DNA of 64,000 nucleotides from Eledone cirrhosa (lineage: Eukaryota). A program made the position numbers and the translations under genes. Location: contig OZ024743.1 in the NCBI GenBank assembly GCA_964016885.1, positions 50,220,001 through 50,284,000 of the forward strand, written 5' to 3'. Below the pieces are notes generated by a model. That model was given only the letters and a program-made list of their open reading frames with translations. It did not search any database and was not told the origin of the DNA. Shown one piece after another: positions 1-12,788 of this stretch (position 1 is its first letter; the number at the start of each line of letters is the position of its first letter).

Positions 1-1111
1 TATTATTATTATTATTATTATTATTATTCGGCGAGGAGACATTGCTAAACTTGATATCATTCAATAATAATTGCTGTTAATATTTATTTAGTAATAATTG
101 TTAATATAAATGAAATCTGTCAGAAACTGAACTGCGACACTGAACTGGGTAAAAATCACGAAAGACCATCACCGTTGACTTTATTGTAATCACCATCTTT
201 ACTTCGACTCTTACCAAACATCATTTCACTTTGCTGGCGTATTGTTCTCCCCAAAATAATGATTTCAACTAGATTTCTCTGCTTCTTAGCAACCATATTA
301 TTAACTTAAGCAGCCATTAAAACGACTTGTTCCTCTGTTCGTTGTTGAATCTGAGATGCTATTTTTAATTTAAGTTTAACGGAGGGAAGGCTGAAAAAAG
401 ACATTTTTACAGCCTGAAGTGAATTCATTAAAATATCGTAATTGAATTGTAAGAGTTTTGTTTCGTTAATCATCACAGCAATAATTAAGATGCGACTAAT
501 TTCTTACACTAAATGTTTTTACTGTTCAGTCGAGGCAGAAAAGGTCAGTAACCGTGACCCTTTCCAGGGCCTCTGAGACAAATAGGACAGAAGGAGATAT
601 GTTTAACCCTAGAACTCCAAAGTCTCTGAGACAAATAGGACGGAAGGAGATATTCTTAACCCTAGAGACAGGCGAAAATGTTTGCAGCCGACTGGACTCA
701 GCTAAAGGCACCCGAACGAGATGAATTAAGTCTACCACTCATGAAAAGGAACTGTCCCGCTAACGAACCTCCATATTTTACCCACAAGCTTTTAGTTGAT
801 TCGAGGCTATAATATAAATCCCTTTTTTTACTGCTTATTTAGTGAAATAAAACCCATACCCTTGAGTCTTTTCTGTGCCTCCTAGGTTTCTGTAAGGAAG
901 GATGGGAGGGAAGTATCCTCCGGAGACTGGAATTGAATATTTGCAAGAGAGTGGACTCTGCTTAAGATGGCAAAGGGACGGATTGTGGTCTTAAAATGGG
1001 CGACGGATTGGGTTTACCACTTATGTAGGCCAGAGTGTGATTTGGACTCAGAACATAATGTGTCGGAACAAATATAGCAAGACAACTCATCTGACGCTCT
1101 AATAATTCCAC

Positions 1112-1250
1112 AGACTGGCACTTTGTTTTTTAACCTTTCGAGGTCAATAAAATAGAGTTCACATCGACGGGATTTGAACTCAGGGCGCGGTCGGCTGGAG
1201 CAAGTACCGTAAGGTATTTTGGCCGACACTTAGACGATTCTGCCAATTTA
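1112..1250 (-). mobile_element. Diverged tRNA-derived SINE (Nin/Deu-core family)
   Basis: Reverse-complement B box GGGATTTGAACTCAG, reverse-complement A box GATTCTGCCAA and a degenerate core. Same layout as the other copies in the window. Confidence 0.6.
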
Positions 1251-1387
1251 CGTTCCTAGAAGCAACCAACCACTGACTCAGCCATTGTCAACAGAAACCG
1301 CTCATATCTGTATTGTCTCTAGGAACACTAAGGTATTAACTCTTTAACTAGGATAAAAATATCAACAGCAGCTTAACTTCATTTTAA

Positions 1388-1389
<2 letters not shown>

Positions 1390-1443
<54 letters not shown>

Positions 1444-1479
1444 ATATATATATATGTGTGTGTGTGTCTGTGTGTAGTG

Positions 1480-1526
<47 letters not shown>

Positions 1527-1542
1527 TGTATATATGTATATA

Positions 1543-1607
<65 letters not shown>

Positions 1608-1646
1608 ATACATATACATATATATATATATATGTGTATATATATG

Positions 1647-1739
<93 letters not shown>

Positions 1740-1748
1740 CATATATAT
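1390..1748. repeat. Compound microsatellite (CT)n/(TA)n/(TG)n
   Basis: Directly visible dinucleotide runs. Confidence 0.95.
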
Positions 1749-1971
1749 CTTGCATTTACTTATGCATTCTTCGTAGGCTAACACATGATGTAACATGATA
1801 CACAACTGGTTGCCATGACAACGGCAGGTGTTTCAATATTTACCGTTCTGTTGCTGCACATTTCGCTGGTAAATGGAATAAATAAATATCAAGCCGTACA
1901 ACTAGATTTCATTACTACTTCGCAATACAAAGCATATTAAATAAACACATAATTGTGTGTATATATATATG

Positions 1972-2039
<68 letters not shown>

Positions 2040-2046
<7 letters not shown>

Positions 2047-2740
2047 ATATTTGGGTGGGCCATCTCCTAATATTGACAAAAAACAGTAAAACACACTCAC
2101 TCTTTGGTTTTCGCTTCAGTATATTTACATAAACAATTTACCTGGCAATCAATGTTTATCATTGATTAACAAACAGTTAAAAATATAAATATTAATATAA
2201 TTTTTCAAAGTTCCTTCGTCACACATTTCTGTGACATCTTCATTGATTAACCAACAGTTAAAAATATAAATATTAATATAATTTTTCAAAGTTCTTTCGT
2301 CACACATTTCTGTGACATCTTCAGTGATTGTCGCTGTATTTCTTCCCGCTTTGTTTCTATAACGTTTTCTTTTCTTTTTTTTGTCTCTCTTTGCGCATGC
2401 GTTTGTGTGCTTGTATTATGTTTGGTGAGTGCTCGTGTGTTTCTGTCTGAATCTGTGTGTATTTATATTTTATATTTGGTCACTAGTCTGTGTTTTCTGT
2501 TCGGCCTTGATTTTCTTAATTCTATTTCTGTAGCCTCCCTAATTTGTCTAAGTGTCGAGTCATTCTTATGTTAAGATATTATTCTAACTTCTATGTTGTC
2601 TACTTTACCATGTTTTTATCTGGCATGTTCATATTGTACTGAATTGTCTTTTTGTCATTTTAGCTCATTCATGTTTTCATCCATCCTCTCACCTATGCTA
2701 CACGATGTCCCTCCTATGTATGCCGAAATTAATACCTTAC
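2040..2740 (-). mobile_element. Decayed Penelope-like element 3' end (GIY-YIG C-terminus plus pLTR)
   Basis: The minus strand of about 2480-2725 reads YIGGTSCSIGERMDE...SVQYEHAR..RIIS.HKNDSTLRQIREATEI, homologous to the 9480-9720 copy. It is followed by a pLTR with an HHR remnant and ends in (TA)n. Confidence 0.7.
2286..2327 (-). ncRNA. Decayed minimal type I hammerhead ribozyme
   Basis: Minus strand reads tca-CTGAAGA-t-gtcaca/gaaatg/tgtgac-GAA-AGAACT-T-tga. A broken duplicate lies 81 bp away (2205-2246). Confidence 0.5.
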
Positions 2741-2784
2741 GAGGGTGAATCGAGCGCCGTAATCACTAAGCCACGCGCCACACA

Positions 2785-2841
<57 letters not shown>

Positions 2842-2970
2842 GAAGGTGCATGGCTTAGTGGTTAGAACATTGGGCTTGCAATCGAAAGGTTGTGAGTTCG
2901 ATTCTCGGGCCAAGTGATGCGTTGTGTCCTTGAGCAAGACACTTTATTTCACGTTGCTCCAGTTCACTCA
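2842..2970 (+). mobile_element. tRNA-derived CORE-type SINE (truncated)
   Basis: A box TGGCTTAGTGG, B box GAGTTCGATTC, CORE-like TGTGTCCTTGAGCAAGACACTTT. Confidence 0.75.
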
Positions 2971-3050
2971 TATGTAATTCACAGAATAAACATATCCGGT
3001 CCTTCCTCTATCTCTTTCTAATTACTCTGTCAACACTCCTTCTTCTTCTG

Positions 3051-3225
3051 ACAGTATCAGTAGAGCATCGGACAACATGCTTTGTTGCATAGAATTACGG
3101 CCCTTTACGGTCTGAGTTCAAATCACATCGAGGTTAACTTTGCCTTTCATCCTTACGGGGTCGATAAAATAAAGTACCACACTGAGTAATTGCTAGCCTT
3201 GTGCCAAAAGTAGAAACAATTATTA
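3051..3225 (+). mobile_element. tRNA-derived SINE (Nin/Deu-core family)
   Basis: B box GAGTTCAAATC, core GCCTTTCATCCTTACGGGGTCGATAAAATAAAGTACCA, tail GCCTTGTGCCAAAAGTAGAAACAATTATT. Confidence 0.85.
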
Positions 3226-3544
3226 TTTTTGTTGTTGTTGTTGTTATGTTGTTGTTATTCTTGTAGCTGATGTTTTTCATCTTGTCTTTGTATTTTCTCC
3301 GGCTGATATTTCTTGTTAATGATCTCATGTTTTTAATATTTAATCTCATTCAATTCCTTGACGTCATAACGTTTGCTATTTGTTTTTTGACTTTTCTGTT
3401 GTGTTTTTTCGACAGCCAAAGGAAGGAACATAAAATTGTTGACAAGAAGACATTCCTCTGTACTGTTTCTCTTGTTATCTCATTATATCTATAGCGTTTA
3501 TATACCACCGCCATATTGTTTTGGGATGTGTGCCTCTGTTTAGC

Positions 3545-6500
3545 GATCATAGTATTGTGTGTTGTGAGGTGTTCATATTGTTGTTGGTTGTGTGGTTGTG
3601 CGGCGATCATATTGTTGTTGATTGTGTGGTGTTCTTATTGTTGTTGGTTGTGTGGCGTTCTTGTTGTTGTTAGTTGTGTGGTGTTCTTGTTGTTGGTTGT
3701 GAGGTGTTCTTGTTGTTGGTTGTGAGGTGTTCTTGTTGTTGGTTGTGAGGTGTTCTTGTTGTTGGTTGCGTGGTGTTCTTTTTGTTGGTTGTGAGGTGTT
3801 CTTGTTGGTGGCTGTGTGGTGTTCTTGTTGTTGGTTGTGAGATTTTCTTGTTGGTGGTTGTGTGGTGTTCTTGTTGTTGGTTGTGAGGTGTTCTTGTTGT
3901 TGGTTGTGTGGTGTTCTTGTTGTTGGTTGTGAGGTGTTCTTGTTGTTGGTTGTGAGGTGTTCATATTGTTGTTGGTTGTGAGGTGTTCTTGTTGTTGTTA
4001 GTTGTGTGGTGTAATTGTTGTTGGTTGCGTGGTGTTCTTGTTGTTGGTTGTGTGGTGTTCTTGTTGTTGGGTGTGTGGTGTTCTTGTTGTTGGTTGCGTG
4101 GTGTTCTTGTTGTTGTTGGTTGTGTGGTGTTCTTGTTGTTGGTTGTGTGGTATTCTTGTTGTTGTTAGTAGTGTGGTGTTCTTGTTGTTGGTTGTGTGGT
4201 GTTCTTGTTGGTTGTGTGGTGTTCTTGTTGTTGGTTGTGAGGTGTTCTTGTTGGTGGTTGTGTGGTGTTCTTGTTGTTGTTGGTTTGTGTGGTGTTCTTG
4301 TTGTTGTTAGTTGTGTGGTGTTCTTGTTGTTGGTTGTGTGGTGTTCTTGTTGTTGGTTGTGTGGTATTCTTGTTGTTGTTAGTTGTGTGGTGTTCTTGTT
4401 GTTGGTTGTGTGGTGTTCTTGTTGGTTGTGTGGTGTTCTTGTTGTTGGTTGTGAGGTGTTCTTGTTGGTGGTTGTGTGGTGTTCTGGTTGTTGTTGATTG
4501 TGAGGTGTTCTTGTTGTTGTTAGTTGTGTGGTGTTCTTGTTGTTGGTTGCGTGGTGTTCTTGTTGTTGGTTGTGTGGTGTTCTTGTTGTTGGTTACGTGG
4601 TGTTCTTGTTGTTGTTGGTTGTGTGGTGTTCTTGTTGTTGGTTGTGTGGTGTTCTTGTTGTTGGTTGTATGGTGTTCTTGTTGTTGGTTGCGTGGTGTTC
4701 ATGTTGTTGGATGTGAGGTGTTCTTGTTGTTGGTTGCGTGGCGTTCTTTTTGTTGGTTGTGAGGCGTTCTCGTTGGTGGCTGTGTGGTGTTCTTGTTGTT
4801 GGTTGTGTGGTGTTCTTGTTGTTGGTTGTGTGGTATTCTTGTTGTTGGTTGCGTGGTGTTCTTGTTGTTGGTTGTGAGGTGTTCTTGTTGGTGGTTGTGT
4901 GGTGTTCTTGTTGTTGGTTGTGTGGTGTTCTTGTTGTTGGGTTGGTTGTGTGGTGTTCTTTTTGTTGGTTGTGAGGTGTTCTTGTTGGTGGTTGTGTGGT
5001 GTTGTTGTTGTTGTTGGTTGTGTGGTGTTCTTGTTGTTAGTTGTGTGGTGTTCTTGTTGTTGGTTGCGTGGTGTTCTTGTTGTTGGTTGTGTGGTGTTCT
5101 TGTTGTTGGTTGCGTGGTGTTCTTGTTGTTGTTGGTTGTGTGGTGTTCTTGTTGTTGGTTGTGTGGTGTTCTTGTTGTTGGTTGTATGGTGTTCTTGTTG
5201 TTGGTTGCGTGGTGTTCATGTTGTTGGATGTGAGGTGTTCTTGTTGTTGGTTGCGTGGCGTTCTTTTTGTTGGTTGTGAGGTGTTCTTGTTGGTGGCTGT
5301 GTGGTGTTCTTGTTGTTGGTTGTGTGGTGCTCTTGTTGTTGGTTGTGTGGTATTCTTGTTGTTGGTTGCGTGGTGTTCTTGTTGTTGGTTGTGAGGTGTT
5401 CTTGTTGTTGGTTGTGAGGTGTTCATATTGTTGTTGGTTGTGAGGTGTTCTTGTTTATGTTAGTTGTGTGGTGTACTTGATGTTGGTTGCGTGGTGTTCT
5501 TGTTGTTGGTTGTGTGGTGTTCTTGTTGTTGGTTGTGTGGTGTTCTTGTTGTTGGTTGCGTGGTGTTCTTGTTGTTGTTGGTTGTGTGGTGTTCTTGTTG
5601 TTGGTTGTGTGGTATTCTTGTTGTTGTTAGTTGTGTGGTGTTCTTGTTGTTGGTTGTGTGGTGTTCTTGTTGGTTGTGTGGTGTTCTTGTTGTTGGTTGT
5701 GAGGTGTTCTTGTTGGTGGTTGTGTGGTGTTCTTGTTGTTGTTGGTTTGTGTGGTGTTCTTGTTGTTGTTAGTTGTGTGGTTTTCTTGTTGTTGGTTGTG
5801 TGGTGTTCTTGTTGTTGGTTGTGTGGTATTCTTGTTGTTGTTAGTTGTGTGGTGTTCTTGTTGTTGGTTGTGTGGTGTTCTTGTTGGTCGTGTGGTGTTC
5901 TTGTTGTTGGTTGTGAGGTGTTCTTGTTGTTGGTTGTGTGGTGTTCTTGTTGTTGTTGGTTGCGTGGTGTTCTTGTTGTTGGTTGTGTGGTGTTCTTGTT
6001 GTTGGTTGCGTGGTGTTCTTGTTGTTGTTGGTTGTGTGGTGTTCTTGTTGTTGGTTTTGTGGTGTTCTTGTTGTTGGTTGTATGGTGTTCTTGTTGTTGG
6101 TTGCGTGGTGTTCATGTTGTTGAATGTGAGGTCTTCTTGTTGTTGGTTGCCTGGCGTTCTTTTTGTTGGTTGTGAGGTGTTCTCGTTGGTGGCTGTGTGG
6201 TGTTCTTGTTGTTGGTTGTGTGGTGTTCTTGTTGTTGGTTGTGTGGTATTCTTGTTGTTGGTTGCGTGGTGTTCTTGTTGTTGGTTGTGAGGTGTTCTTG
6301 TTGGTGGTTGTGTGGTGTTCTTGTTGGTGGTTGTGTGGTGTTCTTGTTGTTGGTTGTGTGGTGTTCTTGTTGTTGGTTGCGTGGTGTTTTTGTTGTTGTT
6401 GGTTGTGTGGTGTTCTTGTTGTTGGTTGTGTGGTATTCTTGTTGTTGTTAGTTGTGTGGTGTTCTTGTTGTTGGTTGTGTGGTGTTCTTGTTGGTTGTGT

Positions 6501-7765
6501 GGTGTTCTTTTTGTTGGTTGTGAGGTGTTCTTGTTGGTGGTTGTGTGGTGTTCTTGTTGTTGTTGGTTCTGTGGTGTTCTTGTTGTTGTTAGTTGTGTGG
6601 TGTTCTTGTTGTTGGTTGTGTGGTGTTCTTGTTGTTGGTTGCGTGGTGTTCTTGTTGTTGGTTGTGTGGTGTTCTTGTTGTTGGTTGCGTGGTGTTCTTG
6701 TTGTTGTTGGTTGTGTGGTGTTCTTGTTGTTGGTTGTGAGGTGTTCTTGTTGGTGGTTGTGTGGTGTTCTTGTTGTTGGTTGTGAGGTGTTCTTGTTGGT
6801 TGTGTGGTGTTCTTTTTGTAGGTTGTATGGTGTTCTTGTTGTTGGTTGCGTGGTGTTCATGTTGTTGGATGTGAGGTGTTCTTGTTGTTGGTTGCGTGGC
6901 GTTCTTTTTGTTGGTTGTGAGGTGTTCTTGTTGGTGGCTGTGTGGTGTTCTTGTTGTTGGCTGTGTGGTGTTCTTGTTGTTGGTTGTGTGGTATTCTTGT
7001 TGTTGGTTGAGTGGTGTTCTTGTTGTTGGTTGTGAGGTGTTCTTGTTGGTGGTTGTGTGGTGTTCTTGTTGTTGGTTGTGAGGTGCTCTTGTTGGTGGTT
7101 GTGTGGTGTTCTTGTTGTTGGTTGTGAGGTGTTCTTGTTGTTGGTTGTGTGGTGTTCTTGTTGTTGGTTGTGAGGTGTTCTTGTTGTTGGTTGTGAGGTG
7201 TTCATATTGTTGTTGGTTGTGTGGTTGTGTGGCGATCATATTGTTGTTGACTGTGTGGTGTTCTTATTGTTGTTGGTTGTGATGTGTTCTTGTGGTTGGT
7301 TGTGAGGTGCTCTTGTTGTTGGTTGTGTGGTGTTCTTGTTGTTGGTTGTGTGGTGTTCTTGTTGTTGGTTGTGAGGTGTTCTTGTTGTTGGTTGTGTGGT
7401 GTGCTTGTTGTTGGTTGTGTGGTGTTCTTGTTGTTGGTTGTGAGGTGCTCTTGCTGTTGGTTATGAGGTGTTCTTGTTGTTGGTTGTGTGGTGTTCTTGT
7501 TGTTGGTTGTGTGGTGTTCTTGTTGTTGGTTGTGAGGTGTTCTTGTTGTTGGTTGTGTGGTGTTATTGTTGTTGGTTGTGTGGTGTTCTTGTTGTTGGTT
7601 GTGAGGTGTTCTTGTTGTTGGTTGTGTGGTGTTATTGTTGTTGGTTGTGAGGTGTTCTTGTTGTTGGTTGTGAGGTGCTCTTGTTGTTGGTTGTGTGGTG
7701 TTCTTGTTGTTGGGTGTGTGGTGTTCTTGTTGTTGGTTGTGTGGTTGTGTGGAGATCATATTATT
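3545..7765. repeat. Minisatellite, 23-bp unit GGTTGTGTGGTGTTCTTGTTGTT, with higher-order blocks
   Basis: About 4.2 kb of tandem units. The 23-aa periodicity in the ORF track matches a 23-bp unit. Variant blocks recur at offsets of about 517 and 1462 bp. Confidence 0.95.
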
Positions 7766-7924
7766 GTTGTTTGTATGTGCTATGCGGTGTTCATGTTGTT
7801 GTTGATTTGTGTATATATATTAGTGACATACGGCGTTTCTTGGGTGTTTTAATCTGCTTTGAATACAGTAGATTTCTTCCAGAGAAAGATAGAAAGTGAA
7901 AGAAAGATATAGAGGAAGATTCGA

Positions 7925-8080
7925 TCTCAGTAATAGACTGGTACCTTTTTATCGACCTCTAAAGGAGGAAGGGTAAAGCTGACCTTAGTGGGATTTGAAC
8001 TCAGAGCGCAGAGTCGAAACAAATATCGCAAAACATTCTATCCAACGTTCTAACAACTCTTTGCTACGTCGTCGCCTTAT
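7925..8080 (-). mobile_element. Diverged Nin/Deu-core SINE
   Basis: ACTGGTACCTTTTTATCGACC...GGGATTTGAACTCAG is the reverse complement of the family core and B box. Confidence 0.65.
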
Positions 8081-8103
8081 ATGCATATATATATGTATGT
8101 ATA

Positions 8104-8188
<85 letters not shown>

Positions 8189-8334
8189 AGGGTTTGAAGG
8201 ACCCAGCATATTTATCAATGCCAGTACCGGTTGTATCTCAGCGCACTCCATAGGCAATGTAAGATACATTACCAGAGTATACACATAGTTATTTGCATGA
8301 ACACAACACACGTAAAACGGGTGCCTATAAGGCT

Positions 8335-8444
8335 CCCGGATTCGAGTTACTGCCGCACTCATGCAGCAGTAAGGTGCACTGCACCATCTGTCTGCATATA
8401 TTATGCAACAATGCACAATCGGCTTATGCGGCTTCGTCAGCGGG
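8335..8444 (-). ncRNA. Degenerate type I hammerhead with long loop II
   Basis: Minus strand reads cccg-CTGACGA-agccgca...tgcggca-GTA(should be GAA)-ACTCGAAT-C-cggg. It has one core mutation and a near-palindromic stem III, and sits next to (TA)n. Confidence 0.4.
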
Positions 8445-8799
8445 TATCGCCTAATCAATAACTAATCGATCGACAGAATCGATCGACAGAATCCAAACAT
8501 GACTGGTTTGTGACAACCGACACGGTAAAGCTATTAGCAACTGGCACCCGATAGGAGTCTATCTCTCAACTAGCCACTGATTTACAAATTTTCCGTGGGG
8601 ACGGGAAGCTAAAAAGAATCAATCTTTTAGTTCCTGTCAGAAGCCCTCAGCCAACGTGACTCACACACAAATTCTCAATGGGTGAAAAGATGGCTATTAG
8701 AAATAGCAGTTCACATTGATATAAAATAGAATGGTAGCATTCAGTTCATATCTCCAAGCCCCATGGCTAGAGGAAATCGATGGTAACAATATATATATG

Positions 8800-8899
<100 letters not shown>

Positions 8900-8940
8900 T
8901 TTTGCGAGGTTTTTTATATGAAATCGTGTGTCGAAACAAA

Positions 8941-10114
8941 TATTGTTATACTTGGGTAGGGTCATATTTGTGTAATATTGCCAGAATTAATAACAGAACA
9001 CACTCACTGTTTGGTTGGTTTTCGCTTCTCGCTTCTGTGTCTTTTATATCGGTAATCTAACTTACTCGGTCCTCAATGTTGCCATTGACTGACCGACGGT
9101 CAAAAATAATACAGTTACAATATAGACACAAACACATATATATAGTTTATCATAAATCTTTCGTTGCACATCTGCAACATCGTCAGTGGTGTTATCGTTT
9201 CCTCCTGTTGTATTATATGTCTACACCATTTTTATTCAGTCTGTCTATATATTTATTTATTTATTTGCTTGTTTGTTTATTTTATTTTGTCTTCTTTGCG
9301 CATGCGTTGGCGTGTGTGTATAGCGTTTTGTTTGTGTGATGGGTGACTAGTGTGTGTTTATGTGCTTGTTGTTATTGTGTTTGTGTATGTATTTATTTAT
9401 TTATTTATTTTATTTTATTTACTTATTTATACTTCTCTTAGGTCAGTGTTGTTTGTTTGGGTGTTGTTGTTATTCCATTCATTCTTTCTGTTTAGTCTTG
9501 GCCTTCTAATTTCTATTTCACTGGCCTCTCTGATTTGCCTATCTGCTGGGTCATTTCTATGTTTAGATATTATTCTAATTTCTATGTTGTGTATGTTACC
9601 GTCATGTTGTTGTCTAGCATGTTCGTATAGTACTGACCCGTTTTTTTCGTCCTTTTAGTTCCCCCCAGTGTTGGTCTATCCTTTCACCTATGCTACGAGC
9701 TGTTTCACCTATGTATGTTGTTGTCATGTTTCTGCAAGTACCCTCTGTACATCTTATGCTATAGACTACGTTTCTAGTTTTACAGTTTATCCGGGGTTTA
9801 CCTTACATATGATACACTTCCTATTGGTACAGTGGGTTTCCTTAAAAGGGTAGATTTTGCTGGTGGTTCCTGGCTTTTCTACCACCTTAATTTTTAAGTG
9901 GGTCTTTCTCAGGGCCTTTCTACACTGGTTAGCTAATTTCCCTCCGGGGGTAGCGTCCACAAACATGACACTCTGGTATCTCTGGTTGTCGTACCATGAG
10001 GTGGCTTTCCCTATATAAAAGACACAGAAGCGAGAAGCGAAAACCAACCAAACAGTGAGTGTGTTCTGTTATTAATTCTGGCAATATTACACAAATATGA
10101 CCCTCCCCAAGTAT

Positions 10115-10120
<6 letters not shown>
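8941..10120 (-). mobile_element. 5'-truncated Penelope-like element (Naiad-like linker/GIY-YIG) with ~108-bp inverted terminal repeats
   Basis: Minus strand with 2 frameshifts reads VMFVDATPGGKLA..KVVEKPG..CTNRKCIICK..NCKTRNVVYSIRCTEGTC..YIGETARSIGERIDQH..SVLYEHARQQH. 8941-9049 is the reverse complement of 10012-10120. Confidence 0.85.
9149..9190 (-). ncRNA. Minimal type I hammerhead in PLE pLTR
   Basis: Minus strand reads acca-CTGACGA-t-gttgca/gatg/tgcaac-GAA-AGATTT-A-tgat. Together with the 2286 copy it implies a consensus stem I atca/tgat and a palindromic AGATCT. Confidence 0.65.
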
Positions 10121-10157
<37 letters not shown>

Positions 10158-10310
10158 ATATTTGAAACGGCTTGAGCTCTGCCGCCGCGGTCATACTTGT
10201 TCCTATATATATTATATATATATATATAATATATCCTCGAAGGGCGGTGCCCCAGCATGGCCTCAGCCGAATGGCTGGAACAGGTAAAAGAGTAAAAGAG
10301 TAATAAAAGA

Positions 10311-10367
<57 letters not shown>

Positions 10368-10399
10368 AGAGTTTTGAAGTTTTGAACTCATTATTAATA

Positions 10400-10442
<43 letters not shown>

Positions 10443-10638
10443 AGAAATTCTGAAGATTGGACGGATGGGCAGGGCGAAATCGGAAGAAATGTTTTTAAAG
10501 AAAAGCAACAGGTCCATTCCTGTTGCTATCTCTTGGAAAACTGTTTATGCTGGCGTTTTGTGTATGATATACTTTTTAGAAAGATGAATGATGGAAAAGA
10601 CCGTTTTGTATATAGAGCTATACGTGTGCGCGTGCATA

Positions 10639-10724
<86 letters not shown>

Positions 10725-10802
10725 CATATACCCTATATATATATACATATATAGGGTAAAGGAAAGGAGAGTGCTCTATGTATGCTACAGAGCTATTTAG
10801 TT

Positions 10803-11119
<317 letters not shown>

Positions 11120-11414
11120 GTGTGTGTAAAAGGGACTTGGTCAATGGAATCTTTTATGTGGAATTTCGTCAGTAAAGCAATTCGCTTTATTTGGCGGTAG
11201 TCTATGACCGTAATATTTATGACGGATCTTTACTTTCTGAGTTCACATCCAACCGCGGCCTACTTGAGAGGTAGCCTCCATCTCTTAGTTTAACTCCACG
11301 AAATTACACCTGTACCTAGATTTAATCAAATTTTTCTTTAGCAGGGTTTGAACCCATTCAAATATATCGCTGTACCCATACACACACACACACACACACA
11401 CACATACACATATA

Positions 11415-11571
11415 TAGCAAAGGAAGTGTGGTAAGGAACCAGGTGGACCATAACGCACCAGAGTACTCGATACTTTGGGTAGACCATAACGCCCCAGAGT
11501 ACTCGATACTTTGGGTCCAGAAATAGCTGTCGAAATGGCTTGAGCTCTGCCGTCGGGGTTCTGACTCTTTT

Positions 11572-11575
<4 letters not shown>
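11415..11575. mobile_element. pLTR fragment (family of 41695-41900) with inverted HHR 3' half
   Basis: AAGGAAGTGTGGTAAGGAACCAGGTGGACC head, a 36-bp tandem duplication, then GAAATGGCTTGAGCTCTGCCGTCGGGG on the + strand. Confidence 0.65.
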
Positions 11576-11601
<26 letters not shown>

Positions 11602-11605
<4 letters not shown>

Positions 11606-11727
11606 TATGTACGTATGTATACGTACAAACATATATGTATACAGACGTACAGTAGTATGTATATATATACATACTACTGTACGTCTGTATACATATATGT
11701 ATGTACGTATACATACATACATACTTA
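11602..11727. repeat. Near-perfect ~125-bp palindrome
   Basis: Arms ...ACAGACGTACAGTAGTATG / CATACTACTGTACGTCTGT... around a TA centre. Confidence 0.85.
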
Positions 11728-11787
11728 CATTTAAGTAAGTGCCGTACTAAATGTGAGAAATGAAATTTCGTTTCATTCTATTCCATT

Positions 11788-11847
<60 letters not shown>

Positions 11848-11849
<2 letters not shown>

Positions 11850-11966
11850 CGAAGGAAGTGTGGTAAGGAGACAGGTGGACCATAACGCACCAGAGTACTC
11901 AATACTTAGGGTAGTAGAGTGGGTAATAGGAAAATGTATAACTGCTATCGGGGTCATACATTTTCC

Positions 11967-11969
<3 letters not shown>
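11848..11969. mobile_element. pLTR fragment with terminal foldback (family of 41695-41900)
   Basis: Matches 41696-41790 and ends in the hairpin ATAGGAAAATGTAT...ATACATTTTCCTAT. Flanked by (TA)n. Confidence 0.7.
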
Positions 11970-12026
<57 letters not shown>

Positions 12027-12431
12027 TATATATACTGTACCACATAAAACATAGATAAAATATTTTCTGTCTCGATAATCTCCATACTGACGTTGACAAA
12101 ATTTACCGTAATGGGTAAAATCCTAAAGTCTATTATTGGATTCAATATAATTGCTGTTTGCTTCTCTACTAAAACAGATAAAAAATGATATAATATATAA
12201 AAAAAAAAAAACTCTTAATTTATTTTGTCTCACTTCATAAAATTCTTTGACGTAGTTTCTCTGTTTGTTTGGTTTTGTCGGAAGCTGATCAAAGAAACGC
12301 TTTTTAGAGGTGAATGGTTAAATCAAAGACTGCCTCGTAGAGTCCTCAAATAGATTTTATATTGCAGTTATAGAATTCTATACTCCCCCACATCAAACAT
12401 TAGCACGTAGGGGAATAGATATATATATATC

Positions 12432-12757
12432 TATGTATGTGTGTATGTGTGTGTGTATGTATGTGTGTATGTATGTATGTATGTATGTATGTATGTATGT
12501 ATGTGTGTATGTATGTGTGTGTATGTGTGTGTGTGTATGTATGTGTGTATGTATGTGTGTGTATGTGTGTGTGTATGTATGTGTGTATGTATGTGTGTAT
12601 GTATGTGTGTATGTATGTGTGTGTATGTGTGTGTGTATGTATGTGTGTATGTGTGTGTGTGTGTATGTATGTGTGTATGTCTGTGTGTGTGTGTGTGTCT
12701 GTATGTGTGTATGCATGTATGTGTATGTATGTATGTATGTATGTATGTATGTATGTA

Positions 12758-12788
<31 letters not shown>

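Noticed and set aside
9480-10010. Selenocysteine-type PLE (in-frame TGA at Cys positions)
   Set aside because: The Cys codons I translated are TGT/TGC, and the breaks are frameshifts rather than TGA.
10446-10490. CTGAAGA...GAAA as a hammerhead
   Set aside because: No stem II or stem III pairing and no UH site. It resembles an unrelated repeat also seen at about 16150 and 42500.
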